From assembly GCA_001179505.1 (NCBI GenBank), contig CDMY01000204.1:62001-126000 (forward strand): a stretch of DNA of 64,000 bases, written 5' to 3'. Made by a program: the position numbers and the translations under genes. Positions 11,101-24,047 of this stretch are shown in pieces; the first letter of the stretch is position 1, and each line of letters opens with the position of its first letter. A model generated the notes under the pieces. The model did not search any database, was not told the DNA's origin, and saw nothing but the letters and a program-made list of their open reading frames with translations. This DNA is from Vitrella brassicaformis CCMP3155 (taxonomy: Eukaryota > Protista > Chromerida).

Positions 11101-12526
11101 GCTGTCCCATGTGCAGGCCCGCGAGGATTTTGCCGCCAATGCAGGGCAGTAGGCCAATCACGAGACCCTATATGCCGGCCATCGATGGATACCAGACACA
11201 CGTTGAGCAGCGAATAGATGAGCAATATAGGTGCGTTCATACGCCACGTCTGCACTCACCTTCCAGAAGGCATCTACAGTGAACAGGGAGTCGACTGGGA
11301 TGGCAAACCCCACCGTGGCCGCGAAAAAGAGTCGAAGCAGCCAGTTCACGCCGCGCTTCGTCTGACGTTTCCATATCTGCATGCACCAAAGACATCATGG
11401 AGCGCAAGAATGCCCTTCCCCTGTTGGCATCCCACGTTGCCGAGCCGAGCTCACCTACCGTGTGGGATCTGGGCACCATAGTGAATGACATGCCGGCGAC
11501 GAAGCAGCCCAGAAGATGACTTCCAATGAGGTCCGCTAAGTAGCCGTAGAGGCAGAGCGTGACGAACATGATGAAGAACTGCACTTGGTCGCGTGGCTGG
11601 AACGAGGCCTTCTGGTCGATCGGGATCTTGGCCAGCAGCCACGTCATTACTGGCGGGAAGACGAACATGGCGATGGCGGCGCCGCCGACCAGCATGAGCA
11701 CAGCGTAGAGGAATGTCAGCCCCACAATCTGGCCGATGTTGCCTCCCTCCTGCCCCAGCTGTTGCAGAATGATGAAGGCGATGAGCGAGAAGACGTCGTC
11801 GACGAACGCGGCCGTGACGATGGCCTGGCCGTAGTCAGTTCCAAGCTGCTTGGTCTCGGTGAGCAGCTTGATGGATATGCCCACCGATGTTGGCGCCAGA
11901 GCGATGCCAGCCGACACGCCATCCTCCTCGATGCTGACCGACTCTTTGTGCGGCAGGATATAGCCCACGAAGATGGCGCCCATGGCAAGGGGCAGGCAAG
12001 TGCCGATGACGGCCACGATGAAGGCCCCTACACCGACTTTGCGCACCCTCTCGAAGTCAAAGTGCATGCCCGACTCGAAAATGACGAGCGAGACGCCGAT
12101 TGTGCCCAGCAGTTCGAAAATGGACGGCTCCGAACCGCAGTGATGATGCTCCTCCTCCTTGCACTTGTCGTAGCATTTCTCTCGCTCCTTTTCACCTGCC
12201 GCGCCCGTCAGCGAGCAGTGATCCTTAGCGAATTTGGCCATCCACTGGTCCTCGTACTTGGTGGCCTCCTCAGTCCCCTCTAGGATCTTCAGGATGGCCG
12301 AGTCGCTTTTAATCTCGGTGCAGAAGTACTCGTAATGGGCTACACAGTTGCCGTACTCGTTGGGTAAGACCCACCCATTGGCGACGCTTGGCCCTGCGAC
12401 CATGCCGACGGCGATTTCTGCAAGGATAGTGCTGACACCCATCATCTTGCTGAGCTTGGAACCCATCCATATCAGAGCCAGGAAGCCTGTGGTCTTGAGA
12501 ATCGCCTGGAAGCCGCCGCCCGCCAT
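8146..12526 (-). CDS. CPA2-family (NapA/KefB-like) cation/H+ antiporter with C-terminal ACT domain(s), multi-exon
   Basis: Transporter motifs: AEIAVGMVAGP, IGVSLVIFESGMHFD, ALAPTSVGIS, IVTAAFVDDVFSL, LLGCFVAGM, FFAATVGF, GKILAG and AMVGRAEFAFLVA. Downstream exons give the ACT-like FRIQFAGRHKPGVVHEITGLLHEVGLDIVSVKM. Joining the distal exons (8146-10100) to this gene is inference. Confidence 0.85.
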
Positions 12527-12762
12527 TTTCAAGGTGGAGGTGGACCGTCACGCGGGAACAGGCCAGAAGAGAGGGCGCAAGAGAGTCAGGCCAGGAGTCA
12601 GGAGCAGGTTGTCGGGCTGCAGAGAGTATTAGTCGTGGGCCGACCGTCGTTTTGGGGTAGAGCGTCATCCTCTCCAAACCGACCCCTTCATTGGGGCCGG
12701 AAACCAACTGGGGGGGCAGACTGAGTATCCCTTCCCCCCCTACCGCACGTAGACAGACCCGC

Positions 12763-15700
12763 ATGGCCTCTTTGATAGCCTGCCTCATAGCAGGTGGGCA
12801 TGAACAACATGAACACTTCATGCGGTATTTGTGGATCATGCTACGCCTTCGTTGTGCTCTTTCCTGTCATTGTGCCCTTTCGCTAGGCTTATGCCTGTTG
12901 TGGCCTTGTGAGGGCTCCAGTAACTATGGCCAGCCTACTTTCCCACAAGAATGGATTTGCCCGCTTCGCTCATGCTCGTGCTATTACATCGTTCCTGGGG
13001 GCAAGGAAGAGAAATTTGAGACTGCCGAGGAAAGCTGCGATGCGACGTATCCATCATCGGACCGTCACGGTGACTTGGTGGGTGTGAACACACATTCCAC
13101 CTTTTGTGTGCTGCATGCATGGGCGTACGTATGCCGCGCAGCTGATTTTGGACTCTTTCCATGAGGCCCAGTTGATTGCAGAAGAGTTGGCTGGCCAGGG
13201 CCAGGAGGGACAGAAGTTCTGGATAGGATTCAAGCGAGTAAGCACACGAGGCACGACAGCACATGTGACCCCTTTCCCTTTTCCCCTGGTGCCTTCAGAA
13301 TGGGGGTCCAAACGAGGCCCCAGCTATTCTCCCTGACATAGGAGGAACCAAAGCAGGTCACTCTTAATGGGCTCGTCGCTCAATCCCCACTCAATGGTGC
13401 ACACAGATACAGGCACCAATTTCTTTGTACCCAATTCTCAGATCGCCAAGGCTGGTATCCGACTGGAGGTTGGAATTGGACGGCTTCTGCAGAAAATCTG
13501 TGGGACATCGTGTGGAGGTATCAATAGTCTGTCCCCGGACTTCGGACACCGACATACGAGACAGGATGTGGCTGATGCCTGTGTGTGCGACCCTTAGGCC
13601 GAAACACCCTTGGGGCAATTCAAACGGTCGGTGTTTTAGCACGGATGCAGATGCAAACGTTACGGTGCTCCTGAAGACGGTGCGCGTCATGTGCTTTAAT
13701 GTCAGACCGTGCGCAGATCGAACTTCGACATGCGAGCCGTGAGGAGCCGTGGAAAATGTGTCTTTCGGCGCAGTATCATCGGGACGATGACATTCGAGCA
13801 ATCGTATGCAACAACAAATAGCGTTGCTTCAACAGCAATCGTGCTCGCAGAGTCGCAGTATGCTGTGCTATCTTTTATATTGCGAGAAGAAGCTCAACAG
13901 CTGCAGTAAACAAAAGAGGAAATAGATCAATCGTTCTCATAACACGTCTGTCTCCCCTATACAGCCGAGGACCCAACGGTGATGATCACAACTGCCACAA
14001 GCTTCCCCGACTCTACTGAGGAATACGTCGACGTCATCTCACCTTCTCAGAGGACATCACCGATCTCACATTCAGCAATTTCTCCGACTTGGCGAGCTGG
14101 CAGACGGTTGGCGGGGTGAAAGCAGCTATCGAGGGCATAAACCAAACGAGCGGCAACGTGATAGTGGAAAGGTTGTGGGCGGTTCAGCCGGGCTGGGTTA
14201 CGCTGCAGGTGCCAAGCGATGCCTTCACCCGCACCAGCGACGGGCGGCCAAGTACCACATCAAACACGCTGATCGCCTACTCGGGTACGCATCACAGGAG
14301 GGCACCACAGCAGCATGCGTGGCGTGTGCGTGGGCATCGTTGTGTGTCTGCCAGGCTGTAACACGTTTTGGGGCGAACAAAATCTACTGCTGAGATCGAG
14401 AGTACTACAGCTTATTCGTGGTGGCATTGCGGTCGACTTTGTCGCGAGAACAACTTATGCGAGATGTATGTCTTCGACGCCCAGAAAGCGGGTGACAACA
14501 ATCCATCTCTAACCGACTGCCTGCTCTACGGAGACACTGACCCTGCGGACACCCCCGCCGCAAACATGATTAGCAGCTCCAGATCATGCGCCGTTAACAC
14601 GGGTATTGGCAGCTGGAAGGGGCCAATGGCCATCTATGAGACGAGACTTATTTATTGTCATTGTCTTCCCTCCTTATTCAGACACGCTACCACCTGAAAT
14701 ACACTTCGTGCGAAAAATCGACGGGGACGGGGACGAGATCGTGTCTGGTGGCGCCATATTCTTCAACTATGACTACGAACCCCTTCAGCTCCTTACAGAG
14801 GTCCACTTTACCGATCTAGTTATGAACGCAGACGTCAGTGATTTCGAGATCAAATGGGAAAACGCCACGACAAATGGAGTGGTGGCCTTGGGAAATGTGC
14901 TCTGGGAGAGGATATTGGAGAAATCCCCAGCACCCTGGGACCAAGCGCTGGCGGAGATGCCATCCAAGAAATACAGATTCCAGGTTGGAAGCAAGAGACG
15001 CAGTGCTCCGTCAGCAGCTGTCATACTAATTTTCTCGTTACTGCCCTGGACAGTTTTCGCTCACATTTGACAGTTCCCCGTGGGCCACCGAGGCCAACGT
15101 GACCATCACATTACAGGGATCCTCTGACATCGTCGACTACTCGTCGAACCCCATCAGCTTGCCGACCGAGCCCATCACCTTCATAATCAGACGTCGACGT
15201 AAGAGACAGACACACAGACAGACAGTGGCGGCAAGTAGAAACTTGTCGAGCGATAGCTGGCCGCTCTCTGTCTCCTGTTGCACAGCGTGTGACACGATGA
15301 AAAGACTTAACGACACCGCTCTCGCAGGGGGCGATCTGATTCGCTACTCGCTCATTGGAATGACGTTTGAGACTTGCGCGGTGGAGTGTCGTGAGCTGGC
15401 AGAGTGCGAGGGGTTCACATTCGACAAGGTTCAGAACAAGTGCTTCCTCAAGTGGGGCAGCCTCCTCGAGTTCGGGGCCAAGGGATGGGAGGTACTCGCA
15501 TCACAGCCCGACGACGACTCGGCATACTTCGACTGCTCTTGTACAGGAGACTGCTTTGGTAGGCAACATACACATCAGATCGGCAGTGCGTGGCTGTCAT
15601 GTCCCCAATGGATCGATGTTACTGATTGCGCCCCTTTGCCTCGCCCGCCCGCAGATGTACATCTCGAGGTCTGCGGTGACTCTCTCGTCGTACGCAACGA

Positions 15701-18700
15701 GGCTTGTGACGATGGCAATACGGCAGCGGGGGACGGGTGCTCAGCTACATGCCAGATTGAACCTGGGTGGATGTGCCCCACACCCGGAGATCCTTGCGTA
15801 CCGATATGCGGTGACGGTCAATTGACCGGCAACCAGACTTGTGACGATGGCAATACAGACAGCGGTAACAAGCAATCACAGACAGACAGACATCATGTGA
15901 CGTGTACATAATAGCATACACAGACAGACATTCCTGCCATGCGCGCCCGGATGCAAGTATGTATGTCTGTATGTATGTCTCTGTCCTACCCTTGCCTCCT
16001 GTCTGTAGGTGACGGATGTAACAGCGCTTGTATGCTAGAAGACGGGTGGACATGCCCCAGCCCTGGATCCGTGTGTAGTCGTAAACATCCCCAGCCGCAC
16101 ATGGACATGACAGAGACAGCAGCGGACTGTATGACTTCGGATGTGTGGATGTTTGTCAGCCATCTGTGGGGATGGCCAAGTAAAGGGCTCCGAACAGTGT
16201 GACGATGGCGATACAGACAGCGGTGTGTGTCCGGCACGTGCTTTCCTTACATGGCCTGCCTGTTACGAGCTGTTGTTCCTGGCTGGCTGGTGATGCAGGT
16301 GATGGATGCGACAGCATGTGTCAGATTGAACCTGGATGGACTTGCCCTATCGTCGGATCCCCCTGCCGTGAGCACAAGGCTCTCTTGTGAACTCTCTGCC
16401 ATCCTGCTTCTCGCCTCAGTTCTCATTACGACTACGACGACTACGACAACAGGGTCTCCGCCGACGACAGCCCCCCTGCCACCAGCCACCTCGGCTGCGC
16501 CATCTCCAACCACTACCGCGCCGCCCCCCACCACACATCAGCCGACGACTAGTGCTGCAATATTCACAAGTCAGCAGCATCGCTGTCTGCCCGCTTGACT
16601 TGTTGTTAGTCAGTCAGCTGGCTGGCCTGGCTTGTCTGCCTGTGTTTATGTCCTTCTGATTGTGTTGCCTGCTGATACGTGCAGGCGAGGCACCTGTAGC
16701 GACGAGTGTCCCACCCACAACCTCAGCCCCTTCTGTCCCACCAGTGACCACAAGTGAGTGAGAAAAGCCCCCGAGAGCCGCGATCGGCTGGCTATTGCTT
16801 GCGAGAATGTGTGTATTAGCTTGTGCGCCTCCGGTTGTCGCCACGCCGGTGGACGTGGACGATGTCACAAAGGACTTGGAGCATCTCAAAGTGACTGGCC
16901 CTAACCGAGACACGGGACAGCTGCATCGGTCCATGTATGTCTCATGTGCACGCGCGTCTCTTTCACTTGATGCAGGACCCCGATGCAGTTGACGTGTCGG
17001 ATGCAGAGGACACCATCGGTGGTCTGCTGGGCAGCGAGGGCGAGGAACCACCCATACCACCGCCCGTCGAGTCGACTGAGGACTTCAGCTCTCGGCTCCT
17101 CAAAGCCATTAATGTCGCCAAAGTGGCCCGCAAAGACGACATGGCCGGGCTGGCAAAGCCCAATGCGACACAGGAAGAGACCAAGGCACGAAGGAAAGCC
17201 GTCGTGAAGGCACTCATGCGCAACCTGCAAAAGGTAGATGACGAGACACACGGGTGTGGACAGCACCCAATTTCTCTGTCCTGTGTGTGGCTGGTCAGGC
17301 TGCTGTCGATCGGTCGACGAAGTTGAGTGATGTGTCGAGCAGCCCGGCTGAAGTGCTGTTGTCCGCCGTCACGCTGGTCACCACCGTCGAGACGGCCGAT
17401 GAGACAGGTATTCAGCAGAACAAAGATTGATACACATAATCATACGACACGCTGTCTTGTGTGTACAGAGAACGACGACATGGACACGGCCGAGGCTGGA
17501 GTCGCGACATTCAAGGCTCTCGTGAACGTCTCGGCGGACACCATCTCCCAGCCCGACGACACTCTCGCCAATGCCGTCAAGGAAGTGCAGGGCCTTCAGT
17601 ACTATCTCGATGGGGCGGCCGGCCTCCTCAGACAGCTCAACAAAACAGCAAAGGCGAACCGACACCTTCGGCGGCTGACACCGGCTGCCAAGGAGAGCTA
17701 TCACACGTTGTCATCCGATGTCATCGGGACCACGGCCCAGCTCGCCGACAGCCTCGCCACACGTGCAGCCGCACACTCAAACGACACGGCCGAAGTGGCG
17801 GGCGCCAAGACCCGGCTGAAGGTTGTCCGCACAGACACGGCCAGTGGGGCCACACTCACGATCAGGGACACCAATGTAGCTGTGGACATGCCGTCATTGC
17901 CATCCATCCCGCCGGCCGTGTGTGCCGATGGCGGCGGGCTGCGCGAGAGTGTGCAGATGACCTTCTGGGCCGACGACCCATATGCATATGCCGCTCAGGA
18001 GGAGGTGCCAATGGCCAACCTGACCGCTAACGACACTCTGAGGAACGCAGCGCAGGGCACTTTGGCTGTGTCGGCCCGACAGTGCGGCAGCGACCTGCAG
18101 CTGACGGCGGGTGACGTGAAGCAAGAGCCCTTCCGGCTGTTCATTCCTCGCCCCTCAGCAGACAGCGTGCCGGCGGCTGGCAATGTCTCTATCAATGGGA
18201 CGGAGAGTGCGTATCGTGTGGACGTGGTGTGTGGCTTCTGGAACACATCGACGCACCAGTGGGACACACAAGGTCAGCTACCCACGTGTGGCGCACGGAT
18301 CAATCGGTCGACCAATGAAGAAATGGGTGTGTTTTGTGTAGGTTGTGATGTGAATGTGGCTGTGTCGAATGAGACGACCCTCTGCTGCGTGTGCACCCAC
18401 CTCACACAGTTCGCGAGCCTCTTCAAGAGCGTGATCCGAGAGAGCAACGTCGACAGTGCACTGACCGAGACGTCTATCAAGAGCATGGCTGACCCAAACG
18501 CGTGGGTGAAGAATGTCGCGGGGGCGTTCGTGGTGGTTATGATAGGTATGGACATATATCACCAGCAATGCCTCTTGTCATCCTTCCTTACAGACATCCC
18601 TCAATCTGTATGCAGGCATACACGTGGTGTGTTTAGCAGTCTCCCTGTTAGTCGACTGCAGGAACCCGTTGAGCGACCGAAAACCAAATAGCACGCACGC

Positions 18701-21700
18701 ATGGTTGTGTGAATGCGGTCACTCTGTCTTATGTGTGTTGGTCGTATGTTCAGGGTGACGGATCAAATCCTAATCGACCTTTGGTCTGCCATTTGCATTG
18801 CAATGCATCCATCCTGTCTGTCTGTCTGTCCATTAATCCATTCAGGATGACAGACGTTTTGCTTGATTTGAGGCATCGAGGTCGCAGGAGGCTGCGCGAG
18901 AGCATGCGGCAGTGTTACGGGCGTTGTTATCATCCCTGGTTGTGCGACTTCCTCATCTGTCGCATCATTGGCGGCCTCTACATGCACTGCCGCAGACGCG
19001 AACCCACGCTGCACCTCCAAGAGCTACGCACGATCAGGTCGATAGTTGCAGACAAGCCAAGTATGACAGATACACTTATCTTGACTCATACACACATCTG
19101 TCAGGGCTGTCCGCTCTGACCTGAATGCGGAGAAAGACACTCCATCTTTATCGAGTGTTCTCGAGCCAGGATCTCGGTCACGCCTCCACAGCGACATGAG
19201 CGCGAGCACCGGACGATCGGCGTTCAGGCCACGACTGATGCGCTCGATGTCAAGGTGACGCACTAGCTAGGCAGCTCTCATTCTGACTGCCGGCTGTCCC
19301 AATCTCTTATTGTGCATGTGCACAGGCTTTCCCGCCAGCTATCACGCCAGTTGTCGGTATCCGAACAGTTATCACCAGGGGAAAGGGGGTCACGTTCATA
19401 GGGCATCCTGACTTACCTCCCTTTTTTTATTCGGATGCATTGATCTGTGTTCAAAGGTGCTCTTCGGATCCCATACACCCCGAGCCCCTGAAAGAACCCC
19501 CACAGATGAGTATCGACGCCGCTTGTCCCGCAGGATATTGCCGCTGCACGACTTCATCAAGTCGAGCTACCGCAGACATCGGGCTAGCGTGACCAGCGAG
19601 GCCGCAGTGACTGACGCAGACGCAACACCGGCCAAATCTTTCCTCCCGCTGAAATACTCACGGACGAAATCCAATGTGCACTTGCACTTCCTGACGTTGG
19701 AGAAGGAGGCAACACCCGCACCGGCCGCTATCGACGGCACTATCGCGGGTCCCGCACAGCTGGAGGAGACGGGACAGCCCGCCAACCATGACAAGCAAGA
19801 GGCGGAACAAGAGCAACAGCAGCAGCAGGTGCCGATGCCGGATGCTGACCCCAGCGCAGCCCGCAAGCGCATCAAGAAGAGCGTGTCACTTGCGCTCAGC
19901 GGTGGATCAGAGGAGGAGGATCAGCCTGAGGACGATCGCTCGCCCCTCGTCTCGGCTACTCCAGCCGCTGTGTGGCCACCACACAACCTGTCGGCCACGG
20001 CGGCGGCGCAAGACCACCCTAAGGCTGACAAGGGATTCCCCAAGGGCAGATGGACCAGCATCCTGAGTTTCGCATCCTCCAGGCGTCCCAGCACTCCACA
20101 AAAGGAACCCATCACTCTGATCAAGTAGGTGTGTATGGGGGTACTCACGCATTGTCCCTTTGACCATCTGTCTGCTGCTTCTTTACACACACATAGGAGT
20201 GGAGTACTAAGGGAAGCTTTGCGCAAACGGTTGCAGCGCGAGCTGCAGCGGCAAATGGCGGCTGCTGTGCTCATCCAAAGGACTTATAGACGCAAGTGGA
20301 AGCCGAAGATAGAGACCACCAGACACCCCATAAGGGCCATGATGATCGGGAAGGCCAATTGGACGAGGCAGGCTCCACAAGGCAGCTTCTGTACAAGCCG
20401 GGGCCTGAGCTTCATCTCCTCGGCAGGAATGTCTGGCCAGAGGACGCAGGAAGCGCTCACTTACAGCGGCTACGAGGGGCAAGCCACTTCGACGACAGAA
20501 GAAGGCCCGCTGCCATTGCCACCTTCGGAGCCCTCGCATCACCCGGGAGTGGAACAAGCTGGGCCATCATACACCGATCTGCTATCGCCCGTGTCGTTCC
20601 ACTGTTACTCGACTGACTTCTCTCAATCCTCGTCGATGGATGTGCCGACGGAGGAGACGGCTTGGCCGCTGAGTGAGCCGCATGAGACCCCTTTACCTAC
20701 GTGGCAGGGGTCCCGGGGCAGAAAGGGCCGCACCAGCGGGCCCCAACCCCAGCCCAGCGGGCTACCCGACGAGGGCGAGGACGATGGCGTGCCTCTTGAC
20801 ATCGGGGAGAGCATCAAGAGGCCATCTATCAAGAGGCAGGTCACTATAGCCGAGCCCTCCCCTACCGAGCCTGCTCGTCGAAAGAGTGTCACCGAGCTGT
20901 GGGGCGATCTCAACGCTGAAGTAAGCAGCACTTGGAATCGGGGATGAATTGCACGCTGAATTATGAATGTGTGCTGGGCAGGTCGACCTACTAGTAACGC
21001 GTTCGCTGCGGAGAATAGAGTATGTGGAGTGGAGTGCCCCTAAAATGTTCAAAGAGGTCTGTCGACGCGACCATCCCCTCCTGTACGTTCAAAGATGCAC
21101 AACACACAGACAAATGGCAGATGGAAGGCAGTGCGTACACACTCGGTGGGTGGCTGATCACGTGTCTTTATGAAAATGCAGCCGGCTCTTTATCTTGAAT
21201 CCAAGGTACGGGCTGAGAAGGCATCATGGACATGACAGTCGATATGTACTCTCTGGCTCTATGCAGGTATACCGCCGTCCAGCGGACATTCTTCTTCGGC
21301 AGTGTGACGCTAGGTATGACGAATGAGTTGATGCACATACACTGCCCGGCAGCAGTTTTTGTCCGGCGTGAATATTCGCTAACCTCGACTGTTGATGTGT
21401 TTGTTTGACGCAGGTATACTGATGGTGACCGCAATGTTTTTCGATCAGACGACCCAGACCCAGCGGGACACCGAGGTTGTGCTCATGACTTTTGATTCGG
21501 GCAATATCGCCTGGAGGTTGACTATGCGGCAGCTTGCCGTGCTCCTGTGGTGTGTCGTGCTGTCGAAGCCGATGCCAGTGGCCTTATTCTTTTTGTTTCG
21601 GTGCTAAACAAACATAGACGGCACGCGCAGCCTCTGTCTGTCTGTCTGTCTGTCTGTCCGTATGCGTTGTCAGGAAGACTGTACCGTACATCCCCTTCGC

Positions 21701-22742
21701 CCCTCGTGCAAGCCGTGAGTGGTGGACACACAGCCATCCTGGGTCACACTCACGTATCTATCTGCAACTTCTTTTTTCTCGGCCTGTTTGGCGGCTGCTT
21801 ACTGCAGGCGTCGGCTCTCACCCGGCATTCCGCGCAACCCAGAAGTCGGCCGGCTGGCTCCCTCACTTGTCAGACCTCCTCTCGCCCCAGATCTCTGTCA
21901 GGTCCCTAAAACGCGTAGCCGACGTGGCAGGCAGACACTCTGGTGAGTGACATGATGAAACCGACACATCGTCCCCCCATGCACAAGGGACGACAACGTA
22001 GACATGAGTAATGAAGGAATGACTAATGGTCTCCACCATACAGAGGCCACTTCTCGCTCGATGCGAAAATCGCAGTTCTGAAGCGATGGCGAGTTAAGGA
22101 GCGGGTCGGCATTGTGATCGCGCTTCTATACTGGCTGGCGTGCAGCTGCTTCTTGTTGCTATTCGCGTTCTCGGAGCGGCTGGCAGAAGGAACGGAGGGG
22201 CGTAGCAGACACTTGGTGTATCAAGATTTTGTATTGGCCTGCTCGGGTAAATGAGACACAGGTGTGCACAACGCATATGTCATGCATTTTCCTTCTGACC
22301 AGTGGAGGCATTGACGGAGTTCGTCTTCGAGCCGCTGGTCCGGCTGGATACTTTGCATTGAAGGAGAGGTCCGGCAAATGAAACCTTCGTGCTGTCTGCA
22401 GGTGTCTTTCATCGTGCTGTCGCTGCTGTTGATGCTGGTGCTCCGCGTCGATACATTCGATTGGGTGGTGCTGGTGTGTCCCGGTATGTACCCCAAAGGA
22501 CGGTACTGACGAGGCTATCTCCGTCATTGTGTGTGTAGGCTGGTTCGATTTCACATTCGTCCGGGTATGTAACCCAAAAGACGGTACTGACGAGGCTATC
22601 TCCCTCATTGTGTGTGTAGGCTCAGTCACTGCACGAGTTAACTATTCAGCAGCGCGCAATGAGAGACGCATATGGTCTAACCATGGGAGTTGTGGGCTTT
22701 GCCAGGCTGAACATGGGCGCAGAGGCATTTACTGCGTTCTGA
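12763..22742 (+). CDS. Polycystin-1-like surface receptor 1: signal peptide, C-type lectin, Ig-like, PAN/apple x2, Cys-rich DUF4215-type repeats, mucin-like region, GAIN/GPS, TM1, IQ motif, TM2-5; contains apparent frameshifts
   Basis: CTLD exons CYYIV...AEESC...FWIGFKR; PAN domains CGRLCRENNLC and CAVECRELAECEGFTF...CFLK; repeats CGD...CDDGN...GDGC; GPS CGFWNTSTHQW...CCVCTHLTQFA; IQ motif AAVLIQRTYRRKW; terminal TM exons ending EFVFEPLVSFIV...FDWVVLVCPGWFDF...AFTAF* at 22742. Confidence 0.75.
22484..22619 (+). repeat. Two near-identical 55-nt introns (22484-22538 and 22565-22619) flanking a 26-nt exon
   Basis: Both run GTATGTA...TACTGAC...TGTGTAG and are 52/55 identical. Removing both restores the frame CPG-WFDFTFVR-AQSLHEL to the stop at 22742. 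Confidence 0.85.
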
Positions 22743-23439
22743 GGTCTTGATCATTCGTTAAGCTCTTGCACTTCCTTCCTCGGGTTTTGTGGGTCCCTGC
22801 ACAAAGGCGTAGTAAAACAAAATGAATGAGGGCTGGCTGCATAGGGGCGTATGGTCTCTTTTTCCGTCCCTTTTTTTTCATGTATGTATGTATGTATGTC
22901 TCTTTTTCGAAGTATCTTCTTGCACTTCCATCTTCAAGTTCAGATTTGTGGCTGGCTGCACAAAGGCGTATGGCAAATAAGCACCCTCTTTTCCGGATGA
23001 GGGAGCGTGTGTCGCACTTCACCCAACCCCGTCCAGCGACCCTCATCCTGCGACGGCGGGCATGCAATGCGAAAGGGAAGTCTGCGCCGAGGATGTGACT
23101 GCCGGAACAACAACGCACGTGGCTACTCTCTCCGTGGGGAAGCAAAGGAGGGGCTCGCGGGGCTGGGATGTGCCGGGGGCGGGGATCGATCCCTCCTCCC
23201 CTTGAGCCTGTTTGACTCTGCGTGCTCATGGGACTGTATTTATATGAGTGACACGGACACACAGATGAGTGTTCGGTCAATGCAAGTTGACTCTCTTTTG
23301 GCACGTCTCTACGCAGGGATGGCTGCTCGTAGGTCTTCTGTGCCATGATCCTGTGTGGAAATACATCGACTCATAGCGCAACTGCAGATGCAGGGTCCGT
23401 CGGTCTCTCATGAAATGAACTGTGTCAATCGACAAACCC

Positions 23440-23860
23440 TCAATCACGCGACAAACATGCCAGCACCATCCTCAGCGCCCGCCAGGGTATCTTCCAGTAG
23501 CGCCGTCCACCACGCACACACATACTCGCACTACGCGCCAACGCAACAGACAGACGAGCACGAACCCACCCCATCACCTGGCTTAGCTGGCTATACGACT
23601 TGTCTGCCCACGCAGCCTTGGTGCGCAGCTTCTCTACCAGGCGGCTGAAAAAACCATTGGCCTCTCTGCCCCACACACCATCCACCGTGACGCACAAGGG
23701 GGTGAAATGGATGGACTTTTGTCCTGGCACACTTAGCATTGGCCTTGCTCTTGAGGATGGTGGCGGTTGATTGGTTGCGGTAGGAAGACACTTCAGCGTT
23801 TGTAGACACGTCAGCGTTTGTCACGCAGAGGTCAAAGTTGTAAAACGACGTCGGCACGTC
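23440..23860 (-). mobile_element. Degenerate 3' fragment of an RLE-type (CRE-like) non-LTR retrotransposon
   Basis: FDLCVTNADVSSYRNQS...ILKSK and HFTPLCVTVDGVWGREANGFFSRLVEKL...KSYSQVMGWVRARLSVALARSASMCVRG are typical of the restriction-like endonuclease C-terminus. The fragment has a frameshift and an internal 18-bp duplication, and no RT domain is present. Confidence 0.8.
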
Positions 23861-24047
23861 CTAAACCTCTCAAATGTGTGACCACCCGTCCCCAGTGGCT
23901 CCACCTGATAGTGCACAGGTGCGAATATATCAGGCACAGACACCTTCCAAATTTACGGATTGTAGCGGTTCCCCCAAGAGCCCCCAGCTGCAGTGGAGGA
24001 CGGCTCTCATCCCTCGGGCTCTCAGCCCGTCGTAGGCCATCGCAGCA

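Noticed and set aside
11585-12283. 232-aa plus-strand ORF, and similar long antisense ORFs at 33204-33746, 34205-35002 and 51187-51816
   Set aside because: These are shadow ORFs opposite GC-rich real exons and have no recognisable motifs.
22484-22619. CRISPR-like repeat-spacer-repeat
   Set aside because: There are only two units, both are GT-AG introns with branch points in a eukaryotic gene, and no cas genes are present.
22159-22629. Minus-strand 156-aa ORF with an internal repeat
   Set aside because: It is the antisense reading of the receptor 1 terminal exons and the twin introns.
22729-23346. 205-aa minus ORF between the receptors
   Set aside because: It includes microsatellite-derived sequence and has no recognisable domain.
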